Shown: in pieces, positions 30,363 to 39,339 of the stretch | Layout of the letters: every line of letters begins with the position of its first letter | Position numbering within the stretch: the first letter of the stretch is position 1 | Assembly: GCA_043745805.1 (NCBI GenBank) | Contig: JAYTSD010000004.1 | Span: 128,001-192,000, forward strand | Direction of reading: 5' to 3' | Source of the DNA: Fibrobacteria bacterium | GTDB lineage: Bacteria; Fibrobacterota; Fibrobacteria; UBA11236 | DNA length: 64,000 bases | Translations under genes and position numbers: made by a program | Notes under the pieces: model-generated | The model's input: only the letters and a program-made list of their open reading frames with translations | What the model was told of the DNA's origin: nothing | Database searches by the model: none

Positions 30363-31292
30363 CTAGCCACTAAAAGCTTTACTATCTTCCACAAAGGCTC
30401 TCATGCCTTCGCTGGTTAAAACATGATCTGCCACCGTGGCTAATACATTGGCTGGCACAGTTAAAATATCGGCTCCTGCCAGTAAACATTCAGTAAGCTG
30501 AACTTGATTGCGAAAACTTGCGGCTAAAATTTCGGTAGTGATTTGATAATTCGCAAAGACGGTAGCTATTTCTTGAATCAAGCGCGCGCCAGCATCTTTC
30601 ACACTGCCACCGGAAGCCACGTATTCTGTATTTTCCATCACTTGATCGCCTTTACTGTTTTTGTGATCTTCAATGAAATAAAGTGAGTTGCCTGGCTTAC
30701 GTTCGGGCATATCATGCTTATAAGCGTAATCTGCTAAACGGCCTAAAAATGGGCTGACATAAGTCGCTCCGGCATTCGCTGCCCAAAAAGCTTGATTAGG
30801 ATTGAAGATCAAAGTCACATTGGTTTTAATCCCGCGTTCCCAAAGTTTACGCACCACTTTTAATCCAGTAAAAGGATCAGCACTAGGATTCACTGCGGTA
30901 TAACCACCGATAGGCACTTTTATCACCGAGTTTTCGCCCAAGGCAGAAAGTTCAGCCGCTTGTATGACCATTTTTTCTTCATCGAGCTCGGTTAACTCCA
31001 ATGATACGGGATAGGGATGCAAAAGTGTGCATAATTCTTTCATGATTTCTTTAGCATGATTCCAAGATTTGGCTCCGGCTTTTTTGAGCAAAGAAGGATT
31101 AGTAGTCACTCCGTTAATAATACCCGCACGAAAAAGGGGTTCGATTTCTGAACGCATGGCAGTGTCGGCAAATATGCGCGGAGCCTTGGCGGCAGGGTGT
31201 TTAAGAGCACTGCCGGCTTTATCTGGATTGATTATTGGCATTAAGTTTTTGCGTGCAAACATAGCCGCGCTGGAATGACTGGGATGAATCAT
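30363..31292 (-). CDS. tal: Transaldolase (TalC/MipB-type fold, with insertions)
   Basis: FADTA, GVTTNPSL, SLE, Schiff-base lysine VIKVP, NVTLIF, YVSPFLGR and LAASFR. Confidence 0.85.
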   Translation of the reverse strand: MIHPSHSSAAMFARKNLMPIINPDKAGSALKHPAAKAPRIFADTAMRSEIEPLFRAGIINGVTTNPSLLKKAGAKSWNHAKEIMKELCTLLHPYPVSLELTELDEEKMVIQAAELSALGENSVIKVPIGGYTAVNPSADPFTGLKVVRKLWERGIKTNVTLIFNPNQAFWAANAGATYVSPFLGRLADYAYKHDMPERKPGNSLYFIEDHKNSKGDQVMENTEYVASGGSVKDAGARLIQEIATVFANYQITTEILAASFRNQVQLTECLLAGADILTVPANVLATVADHVLTSEGMRAFVEDSKAFSG

Positions 31293-31492
31293 GTAAACTC
31301 CTAAGTGAATGATGGAATGAATCCTTTGAGATTTTTTAAGTACTTAAATATTAATAAGAACAAGGATAACACTAAAACGATTCACTAAAAAATAAAATTT
31401 CTCTTGAAGGTTTTTGTAAGGGTTGTTTTAAAGGGATTTTACCTGATGTAAGCATAATGGTTTTTCTTGCATTGGCGTTTTCTTTATGCAAG

Positions 31493-31597
31493 GATTGGTA
31501 CACGGAGTGCGGGGCGGGTACCCTAAGCTGCATTATTTGGAACTATGCCCTTGCGGTCCCCGTTTCCAAACGCTGCAGTTGCACTCCGTGACTATTC
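31493..31597. ncRNA. Candidate structured non-coding RNA or palindromic element; family unassigned
   Basis: Nested stems CACGGAGTGC/GCACTCCGTG, AGCTGCA/TGCAGTT and TTTGGAA/TTCCAAA in a GC-rich patch within AT-rich intergenic DNA. Confidence 0.45.
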
Positions 31598-31638
31598 GCG
31601 GTGTGAATTGTAAGATAAGACGTTTGAAAACGAGACTA

Positions 31639-31654
31639 TGTGACAGCGGTCACA
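31639..31654. promoter_or_regulatory. CRP/FNR-family consensus palindrome TGTGA-N6-TCACA
   Basis: Exact sequence TGTGACAGCGGTCACA; could instead be an RNA hairpin. Confidence 0.35.
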
Positions 31655-31703
31655 ATGGAATTTCGGAACTCCATTTAATAACCCAAAAATGCGAAAAATT
31701 AAT

Positions 31704-32597
31704 TTAGGCTTTTGCGAATTCTTGGAACATTTCTTCTAAGGCTTTTACTGAGGCATCGGCAGGAGTAAGATTACTGTATTTTTCATAGGCATAATTAATG
31801 CCCGACGAGCTATTAATCAAGTGGAGTTGAATAGGACTACCCGCATTGCGCATGGCGCGTACCACATCAGCAATGCTACCCCCTTGGCCACCAGACACGC
31901 CAGTCACGGCCACGCCAGGAATTAATACCGGAATATCTTTATGGTCGCGATGTCCTTCGACCTGACCACCAAGATGCCAATAAGCCAATAACTTTTCTAG
32001 CTCAGCGGGCGCAGTAGCTCCCACCACAGCGCCTAAATTGCCATCATTCCACGCCGTGAGTTTTTCCGCTACTTTTTGATAAAGCTTTACTGGACCTTCC
32101 TCACTCAATACCGTGAGGTCTTCAAAATCTTTGGCGCTGGGATTAGAAGTTCGCACTAAAACATAAATGCCTTGGCCATCACTTTTGTCCTGAAACGGCT
32201 TTACCGAGTCCAAGCCCATATAGGGCGCAACGGTTACGGCATCCGCAGCAAAAACTCCAAAGGACATTTGCGCATAGGCACCTGCGGTACTCGCAATATC
32301 ACCACGTTTAGCATCGAGAATAGTCAGTATACCCGCACTTTTAAAATCATTCATTAATTCTTGTAAAACGCGCAAACAATCGATGCCATGCGCTTCATAG
32401 TAGGCCATATTGGGCTTTACGGCTGCAGGCAAAATATTGCGGCGCAACATTGCTTCGAGCATATTGCTATAAAAGCGTTTGATTTTATCTTCGGGTTTTG
32501 CGTCGCCGGGGATTTTTGCTAAAACAGGATCGAGACCCACACAAATGGTATTACCAATTGTGTGAGTTCGGTGCAGAAGTTTTTCTTTGTATGTCAT
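31704..32597 (-). CDS. pyrF: Orotidine-5'-phosphate decarboxylase
   Basis: CVGLDP, KPNMAYYE, LDAKRGDI, VRTSNP and GAVVGAT. Confidence 0.93.
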   Translation of the reverse strand: MTYKEKLLHRTHTIGNTICVGLDPVLAKIPGDAKPEDKIKRFYSNMLEAMLRRNILPAAVKPNMAYYEAHGIDCLRVLQELMNDFKSAGILTILDAKRGDIASTAGAYAQMSFGVFAADAVTVAPYMGLDSVKPFQDKSDGQGIYVLVRTSNPSAKDFEDLTVLSEEGPVKLYQKVAEKLTAWNDGNLGAVVGATAPAELEKLLAYWHLGGQVEGHRDHKDIPVLIPGVAVTGVSGGQGGSIADVVRAMRNAGSPIQLHLINSSSGINYAYEKYSNLTPADASVKALEEMFQEFAKA

Positions 32598-32613
32598 GAG
32601 GTAAAGTTAAAAA

Positions 32614-33705
32614 TTAACTTGGTAACTTTGGCGGTACTCCGGCAAAAAGTGTGGCGATTTCAGGCATGGATGAGGCGGCTACCCAAGCAGGCATGCCTTC
32701 TTTCCACACTAAGGATTCTTTTTCGATTTGACGATCCAAAGCCAATTGCTTGATTTGCGCCAAACTAAAGGGGCCTTGCTGTTGTCCGCCTATGGCCACA
32801 AAAATGTTATCTGAAGGTAATGGAGGAGGCATACCTGCAGGTTTCATAGCGCCGGCAAATTGATTGGCCATTTGACCTCCCATAGCAAGTCCCAGTCCGG
32901 CGCCGGCCAAACTGCCTGCAAGTCCGCCGCCCTGTGTAAGTGCTTCGCCAGCCTTGTCCGCCATATTAAATTTCATGTATTGATCCAAATTCCCCACCAC
33001 GCTCATACCACTGCGTTTGTCGATTAAGGCTTCAACTTCAGGAGGTAAGGAAATATTTTCAATCACAAATTGTTTGGTTTGCAAACCATAATAAGCAAAT
33101 TTTTCAATCACCGTTTTTTCTACCATCGCAGATAGCTCAGAGTATTTTGCGGCCAAATCAAAAGCCGGAATTTGAGATTCGGCTAAAGCTTCTGATAAGC
33201 AACTTACCACCGACGCTTTAAGTTGTGTTTCCAATCCCGAGGCCAAAATTTCAGCATTTGTTCCTACTGTGGTTTGAAAAAATTTTGTGACATCGGAAAT
33301 GGTATAAGCAAATACACCGAAGGCACGCAAACGAATAACGCCTAGTTCTTTATCGCGCATCATAACAGGATTAGGCGTTCCCCATTTACGATTGGCAATC
33401 GTTAAACGATTAATAAAATAAACCTCCGCTTTAAACGGAGAATTGAAACCATATTTCCAACCTTTTAAATCGGAAAGTATCGGTAAATTTTGCGTGCTTA
33501 AAGTGTAGGTACCGGGTTCAAAAATATCGGCCAGCTTGCCTTCATTAATAAATACCGCGCTTTGGCCTTCGCGAACAATTAATTTTGCACCCATTTTAAT
33601 CTCGTTTTCACGACGTTCAAAACGATGCGATAAAATTTCCGTATCGCTCTGAGTCGATTCAATAATGTCAATAAATTGCCCTTTAAGACTATCCATTAAT
33701 CCCAT
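32614..33705 (-). CDS. SPFH/band-7 protein (YdjI-like) with C-terminal GYF_2-like domain
   Basis: LIVREGQSAVF, FEPGTYTLSTQNLP, SPFKAEVYF and KWGTPNP; tail QQQGPFS..LVWKEGMPAW. Confidence 0.88.
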   Translation of the reverse strand: MGLMDSLKGQFIDIIESTQSDTEILSHRFERRENEIKMGAKLIVREGQSAVFINEGKLADIFEPGTYTLSTQNLPILSDLKGWKYGFNSPFKAEVYFINRLTIANRKWGTPNPVMMRDKELGVIRLRAFGVFAYTISDVTKFFQTTVGTNAEILASGLETQLKASVVSCLSEALAESQIPAFDLAAKYSELSAMVEKTVIEKFAYYGLQTKQFVIENISLPPEVEALIDKRSGMSVVGNLDQYMKFNMADKAGEALTQGGGLAGSLAGAGLGLAMGGQMANQFAGAMKPAGMPPPLPSDNIFVAIGGQQQGPFSLAQIKQLALDRQIEKESLVWKEGMPAWVAASSMPEIATLFAGVPPKLPS

Positions 33706-33717
33706 ATATTCTCCTTT

Positions 33718-35568
33718 TTATTTTTTAAATCTTTTGTTGGTGGCGTTCTGCAAAGCAAAGCGAACCTTCTGCTCTGCAAATCCCTGCTGGCGCGCAAAGG
33801 CTAGTAATAAGGCTTCTTCCGTCGAGGTAACGGATCCATCTGTAGCCGCAACAATAACAAAATTAGTCATCCAGCGCTCCGCCTCTCCAGCAGACATTTT
33901 TTCCATTAATGAGCTGGGATCTTCATGAGCGCGACGTAACAAATTATCTACAAAAATTTCGCCCACTCCAAAGTGACGCGCAAAATCGCGAATGACATTT
34001 TCCTCCTCGCGAGTAATAATGCCGTCATCTAATGCAGCACCAATAATCGCCGAGAGCATACGCAGTTGTACACGCGGCCCGGTGTTATTTTTATTTTCGT
34101 CAGGAGTATAGGCATTGAGCTTGCGGGGTAACAATTCTGGTCCACCTAAATCGCGTAATACCCAATTTGCTGCGGGACTAGAAAAAACATTTCCACAATA
34201 AGCGCATTTCGCTTGATCGGAAGATTCTAAAGGCGCACCACAACTCGAACAGGTGGAGCTGCTTAAACCCGCTTTACTCAGGGGTGCAGAAAGTTCTTTG
34301 CAAAAAACCAAAATATTTTCGCGATACTCACCTTCATGCTGAGGATTTTCGGAACCCGAATATTTAACTCTTACCCAAGTCATCATCATGCCTTCTGTAG
34401 CGGCAAAGCTTAATAAATCCACTGCACCCACGGCCAAATGAAAAAGTGGATTTAAATTAGTTTTTTCTCTTTCCCATTTTTGCAATAACTCGCTGGAAGC
34501 AAACATATTCAAATCTTGAAATTGTTTTTTACGTATAGCCATTTGAAAACGAATAAACACTACCGAAGCGCGGTCTTCTAATTCTTGCGGAGAAAGCCAT
34601 GACTCAGCTGAACCACCAGGTAATTGCGGAAGCCCTGCATACAAGGGTAATAAATTATGTCTTTCATTTTCCACCCACTCTTCCGGTTGAGTGATTTCGG
34701 CAAGCACCCAATCATAAGTACCCGCATTTAATACCGCTCCACAATGGCTACAACGACTGCCACCAGCATCCGCTAACTGAGCACCACATTTTGGACAGCT
34801 TTCGGAAGCGATTTTATTTTCAGAATTTGTATTAGATAAACTTGCTTGCCGAGTAAAAGACCAAATTTCTTCAAAAAAATTAGGTGTCGTCTCGCAGGAT
34901 ACAACTTGTCCATCGCTTAGACTAATGTCTTTATCCATTACCCTTGCACGCAAATGAAAATCTACCGATACATAATTTCCAAATACTTCTTCTTTAAGAA
35001 ACTTTGCTTGCAATAAAACCGGTTGCTCCACTTGATTGCGAATACCTTGCAGCTTGTTCATTTCCAGTTGCAATTGAAAACGATGAAAAACCCCATCGGA
35101 AATAACATTCCGCACCGGCTCCATATTGCCTTTACTCCAAGCATTTTGCACTCTTACAAAAAGATCCGATAACTTTTCTTGTAAAGGCCCTGCTAAGACG
35201 GAGGTTTCGGGAAGTGTTTGGCGTATTTGATTTTGCATACTGGGATCATAACTCGACTTAAAATTGTTACCCGCCTGCAATTGCTTCGCATATTTAATCA
35301 AAAAATATATGACTACTACAATGAACATAAGCAATAACAAACTAGAGAAAGGGCTGGAATTTCCACCCGTTGCATACCCTCCCCCACTATAACTTCCCGA
35401 GGAATGATAAGAAGAATAGGAACCCGATCCAGAACTCGAAGAATGACTTCCGCCGGAATGATAGCTATGTCCACCACCCGCTCTTGCCCAAAGCTTGACG
35501 GGCATAACAAGCATAAGAATCAATCCGAAAACCCAAATTAATTGTTTTTGCAAAGACTTAACTTTCAC
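33718..35568 (-). CDS. Membrane protein with two Tim44-like + Zn-ribbon repeats and C-terminal TerB-like repeats
   Basis: Gly/Ser linker and TM helix, then VQNAW..EEIWSF, CPKC..CSHC, CSSC..CAYC, DDGIITREE and TDGSVTSTEE. Probable GTG start at 35568 after GGAAGG. Confidence 0.78.
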   Translation of the reverse strand: MKVKSLQKQLIWVFGLILMLVMPVKLWARAGGGHSYHSGGSHSSSSGSGSYSSYHSSGSYSGGGYATGGNSSPFSSLLLLMFIVVVIYFLIKYAKQLQAGNNFKSSYDPSMQNQIRQTLPETSVLAGPLQEKLSDLFVRVQNAWSKGNMEPVRNVISDGVFHRFQLQLEMNKLQGIRNQVEQPVLLQAKFLKEEVFGNYVSVDFHLRARVMDKDISLSDGQVVSCETTPNFFEEIWSFTRQASLSNTNSENKIASESCPKCGAQLADAGGSRCSHCGAVLNAGTYDWVLAEITQPEEWVENERHNLLPLYAGLPQLPGGSAESWLSPQELEDRASVVFIRFQMAIRKKQFQDLNMFASSELLQKWEREKTNLNPLFHLAVGAVDLLSFAATEGMMMTWVRVKYSGSENPQHEGEYRENILVFCKELSAPLSKAGLSSSTCSSCGAPLESSDQAKCAYCGNVFSSPAANWVLRDLGGPELLPRKLNAYTPDENKNNTGPRVQLRMLSAIIGAALDDGIITREEENVIRDFARHFGVGEIFVDNLLRRAHEDPSSLMEKMSAGEAERWMTNFVIVAATDGSVTSTEEALLLAFARQQGFAEQKVRFALQNATNKRFKK

Positions 35569-35902
35569 TGTCTTTATTTTCCTTCCAAGCCAATTCGGGA
35601 AAGCGATTCCGCGCATAGCTAAAAAAATCATTTAAGGTTAAAAGAGGAGTAATCTCCATAGATTCGCACCAATTTACAAATGCCATTTCGGGTAAATACT
35701 CAATTATTTTTTTTTCGAATTTGAGCCAAGAACAAAAATCATAGACTTGCGAACAAGCTTTACGCCGAGCCAAATTGGAAATAATTTTTTCTTTTAACCA
35801 AACTTGAAATAAATCTTGTATCCGTTTTTCACATTGACTTCTATCGGGATAGTCTTCATTTATTGGAAAAAGCGGAATGCGATTATTAATTACATAAGTC
35901 AT
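35558..35902 (-). CDS. Hypothetical protein
   Basis: 114-aa ATG ORF filling the gap; its stop overlaps the probable start of the Tim44-like gene by 11 bp. Confidence 0.45.
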   Translation of the reverse strand: MTYVINNRIPLFPINEDYPDRSQCEKRIQDLFQVWLKEKIISNLARRKACSQVYDFCSWLKFEKKIIEYLPEMAFVNWCESMEITPLLTLNDFFSYARNRFPELAWKENKDSES

Positions 35903-36016
35903 TTAACAAATATCTTTTCCATTAATCTTTCTATTATTTTTTCCATAAAGCTCTCCTAAAAATCTAAGAAATAGTATTTAGATTTGACGTATATACTAAA
36001 GAATACTGGTAATTTT

Positions 36017-36694
36017 ATGTACTCTACTCGACGATTATTTATTGGGGATATACATGGGTGTTTACAAGAGCTGGAAGCCTTATTAGAGGCTTTTAAATTT
36101 AATGCCCAACACGATCAAATTTTCTGCGCGGGCGACATAGTAGGAAAAGGTCCAAATGTAGTAGGTGTATTACAAAAGTTGAAATCGTTCGATGCAAAGG
36201 TTGTAAGAGGCAATCATGACGAAGCCGCTTTAACAGCTGCCGAAACTCCCGAAAAAAAACGCTCTCAAAAACAAAAAGACTATTTAGAACAATTAAAAGA
36301 TTCGCAACGCGATTGGATAGCCGAAATCGCTTATTGGCCTTTGTATTTGGAATTTCCTGATTTGTTTTTGGTACATGCAGGATTTGAACCTGAAAAAATT
36401 CATCCTGCCGAAATGCAGGGAAGGATTTTACAAAATATTCGCACATGGGATGGCGTTGGAATAAATCTCAATTGCAAAGAAGACCCAGCTTGGTTTGACT
36501 GTATCAAACCTGATAGAACAATTGTGTTTGGTCATTGGGCCAAACGCGGGAAAATTGATTTGCCACAGTTTAAAGGCTTAGATACAGGTTGTGTTTATGG
36601 GGGTGCGTTAACTGGTTGGTGTCCTGAAGAAAATCGTTTTTATTCGGTGAAAAGTTTTGCGAGCTATGCCGCAATACATTATAAGGACCTTTAA
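36017..36694 (+). CDS. Metallophosphoesterase, ApaH/PrpE-like
   Basis: IGDIHGC, GDIVGKGP, GNHD, VHAG, FGHW and LDTGCVYGG. Confidence 0.9.
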   Translation: MYSTRRLFIGDIHGCLQELEALLEAFKFNAQHDQIFCAGDIVGKGPNVVGVLQKLKSFDAKVVRGNHDEAALTAAETPEKKRSQKQKDYLEQLKDSQRDWIAEIAYWPLYLEFPDLFLVHAGFEPEKIHPAEMQGRILQNIRTWDGVGINLNCKEDPAWFDCIKPDRTIVFGHWAKRGKIDLPQFKGLDTGCVYGGALTGWCPEENRFYSVKSFASYAAIHYKDL

Positions 36695-36699
36695 GCAAG

Positions 36700-36716
36700 G
36701 CCCTCAAAATGAGGGC
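36700..36716. terminator. Short hairpin between convergent genes
   Basis: GCCCTCA-AAA-TGAGGGC; the U tract is weak. Confidence 0.4.
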
Positions 36717-36752
36717 TAAATATTTCAAAACCAATAATTTGCGCAGTAACCT

Positions 36753-38150
36753 TCAAGATACTACCCAACGCCGAGCCGTGTTGGTGCTGCCTTTAGCATG
36801 AATGGGATAGCCATACACGCAAATTAAGGCATCTCCACTTTGCGCCAATTTTTGTGCCTTTAGGCGTTTTTCCACTTCTACAAAAATCTTTTCTGGCTCA
36901 TCGGTATTTAAAATTAAAGTTGGCATCACAGAATAATAGAGGGCGCAGCGATTATAAATATGGGGACGAATACAAGCTGCGATAACCGGCGTGTTACCAC
37001 GATAAGTAGAAAGAATCCGCGGCGTGAAACCTAAAGTACTAATAGTCACCAAGGCTTTCGCTCCACTAATTAATCCAAAATAAACACCCGCTTCACAAGC
37101 CTCGGCAATAACCTCCGGATGGGCAATGCCCACAATTTCTTCTTCCAAATTTTTTTCGGCATTATTAATAATCTTGTTCATCATTTCCACAGCTCCCACA
37201 GGGTATTTACCCATAGCCGTTTCTCCCGACAACATCAATGAATCTACTCGCTCTAGAGCCGCTGTGGACACATCAGTTACCTCGGCGCGTGTGGGACGAG
37301 GATTTTCCGTCATGGTTTCTAACATTTGTGTCGCCACAATAGTGACCTTACCAAGCTCTCGCGCTAAGTGAATGATATTCCTTTGAATAGTGGGGATAGT
37401 TTCCAAATCTACTTCAACACCCAAATCACCGCGCGCAACCATTACACCTTCGGAACCTTCGATAATATCGCGAAGATTTTTTAAAGCATGGGCATTTTCC
37501 ACTTTCGAAACTAAGGGAAGATCTAAGCCTATTTTTTTCATGTAACGTTTAATATTCGCCACGTCATTGCCGGTACTAACAAAAGAAGCCGCAATCCAAT
37601 CAAAATCTAATTTTTGGATAAAGTCTAAATCGGATTTGTCCTTGGTGCTCAATATCGGTAATTGAATATCGACACCGGGTACATTGAGTGATTTATTGGG
37701 TTTAAGTAAGCCGCCGGTGATCACTTTGCAATGAATCACTTTTTTATGTACGGACTCCACGCGAATTTCCAATCCACCGTCATCCAAAAGAATTTTTTGT
37801 CCAGGCTTAACTAATTCATAAAGATGCCGATGCGAAATCCCCACTTCACCGAGTGAAGGATTGCCTTTACCCGAAACTAGTTTCACCACTCTTTCGGTGT
37901 CAAGCTGATACGACTGTTTATCAATACGAATTTTAGGCCCCATTAAATCTGCCAATACCGCGCAAGGTCGATTTAATTTTTTCGCCACTGATCGGACTAG
38001 TTTTAAATTCTCTGCATGCTGGGCTTGCGTTCCATGCGAAAAGTTAAAGCGAACGGCATTCGCACCGGCTAAAAAAATCTTTTCCAAAACCGTTGGATCT
38101 TGAATAGCAGGTCCCATCGTAACTAATATCTTGGCTTTGCGAAAATTCAT
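36753..38150 (-). CDS. pyk: Pyruvate kinase
   Basis: RFNFSHG, DLMGPKIR, MVARGDLGVE, ATQMLE, PTRAEVTD and MLSGETA. ATG at 38150 after GGGAG. Confidence 0.96.
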   Translation of the reverse strand: MNFRKAKILVTMGPAIQDPTVLEKIFLAGANAVRFNFSHGTQAQHAENLKLVRSVAKKLNRPCAVLADLMGPKIRIDKQSYQLDTERVVKLVSGKGNPSLGEVGISHRHLYELVKPGQKILLDDGGLEIRVESVHKKVIHCKVITGGLLKPNKSLNVPGVDIQLPILSTKDKSDLDFIQKLDFDWIAASFVSTGNDVANIKRYMKKIGLDLPLVSKVENAHALKNLRDIIEGSEGVMVARGDLGVEVDLETIPTIQRNIIHLARELGKVTIVATQMLETMTENPRPTRAEVTDVSTAALERVDSLMLSGETAMGKYPVGAVEMMNKIINNAEKNLEEEIVGIAHPEVIAEACEAGVYFGLISGAKALVTISTLGFTPRILSTYRGNTPVIAACIRPHIYNRCALYYSVMPTLILNTDEPEKIFVEVEKRLKAQKLAQSGDALICVYGYPIHAKGSTNTARRWVVS

Positions 38151-38223
38151 AAAGTCTCCCTTAATACGCTCAATAGCATGTTCAATAGTTCTCAATAGTA
38201 AAATTTTTTACCTTTGGCTTCAG

Positions 38224-39339
38224 ATGCAAATTATTTTGATTATTTTAGCCTTCCTGCTCACACTCAACTATGCCGGGCTACTTTGGGTTTTTTTACGTGG
38301 CAGCACAAAGCTAAAACAGCTCGCAAGACATACACACAAGGCTCCCAGCGTTTCCGTAGTCGTCCCGTTAAGAAATGAAGAACAATATGCCGAGGCAACT
38401 TTAATGGCCTTACAAGCACAAGATTTTTTAGGCGAATGGGAAGTCATTTGCGTAAATGATCGCTCAAGCGATGGAACTTTAGGCATTTTAGAAAAGTTTT
38501 GTGCGGCTCATCCTCATTTTTCCTTCACCAACATTCCCCCTTCAGCGCCTCCTATTCCCAGCCCCAAAAAACGCGCTTTAGCCGCCGGTTTTGCTTTAGC
38601 CAAAGGAGAAATATTAATGACCACCGATGCCGATTGCTTGCCGCCTCCGCATTGGTTAAGTTCAATGACGCAATGTTTTTTACCCGATATTGGCATTGTT
38701 CAAGGCCCCAAACGCATAGCAGGCAATGACAGTTTATTATCACGCTATCAAGAAACCGAAGTTTTTGGATTAGTGAGCATTGAAGCCGCGACCTTTGCCT
38801 TAGGGCAACCTATGATTGCTAGCGCACCCTCTTTAGCCTATCGCAAAGCCTTATATGAAAAAGCCGGTGGCTTCTCAGGCTTGGATCAATATGTGTCCGG
38901 TGATGATGATTTATTAGTGCATAAAATGAAAAAATTTTCGGAATATAAAATCCTTTATAATCCCGATGCACAAGCCTGTGTGACCACGCCACCTGCGAGT
39001 ACCTGGAAAGAATTGTTTCAGCAGCGCGCACGCTGGGCTAGCAATGGCGCACATTACGACGACAAAGGTTTTGTGGCCTTGCTCTGTGGCATTTATGGTT
39101 TTTATTTGTGGCTTTTATTTGCACCAATATTAGCTATGGCTCAGATTATTCCTTGGAGCGCATGGATTATCCCTCTATTCATTAAAATAGGCTTGAATGG
39201 TTTATTCTTGCGTCGCACCGCTAAAATTTTGGGACAAGGTAAGGCTATGCGAAATTTTTTCTGGGCAGAGCTTTTGCATATTCCTATTACCGTACTGGTG
39301 GTGCCGATGGGACATTTGGGTTGGTATAAATGGAAATAA
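38224..39339 (+). CDS. Membrane glycosyltransferase family 2
   Basis: VVPLRNEE, VNDRSSD, TTDADC, SGDDD and QRARW; N- and C-terminal TM helices. Confidence 0.9.
   Translation: MQIILIILAFLLTLNYAGLLWVFLRGSTKLKQLARHTHKAPSVSVVVPLRNEEQYAEATLMALQAQDFLGEWEVICVNDRSSDGTLGILEKFCAAHPHFSFTNIPPSAPPIPSPKKRALAAGFALAKGEILMTTDADCLPPPHWLSSMTQCFLPDIGIVQGPKRIAGNDSLLSRYQETEVFGLVSIEAATFALGQPMIASAPSLAYRKALYEKAGGFSGLDQYVSGDDDLLVHKMKKFSEYKILYNPDAQACVTTPPASTWKELFQQRARWASNGAHYDDKGFVALLCGIYGFYLWLLFAPILAMAQIIPWSAWIIPLFIKIGLNGLFLRRTAKILGQGKAMRNFFWAELLHIPITVLVVPMGHLGWYKWK

Noticed and set aside
31540-31565. SRP (4.5S) RNA, tmRNA, group II intron or ykkC riboswitch identity for the 31.5 kb element
   Set aside because: It lacks the SRP CAGG/AGCA loop, tRNA-like ends, intron domain V and the ykkC 3' consensus.
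31486-31707. 73-aa ORF over the structured element
   Set aside because: No SD or recognisable motif; the nested inverted repeats explain the sequence better.
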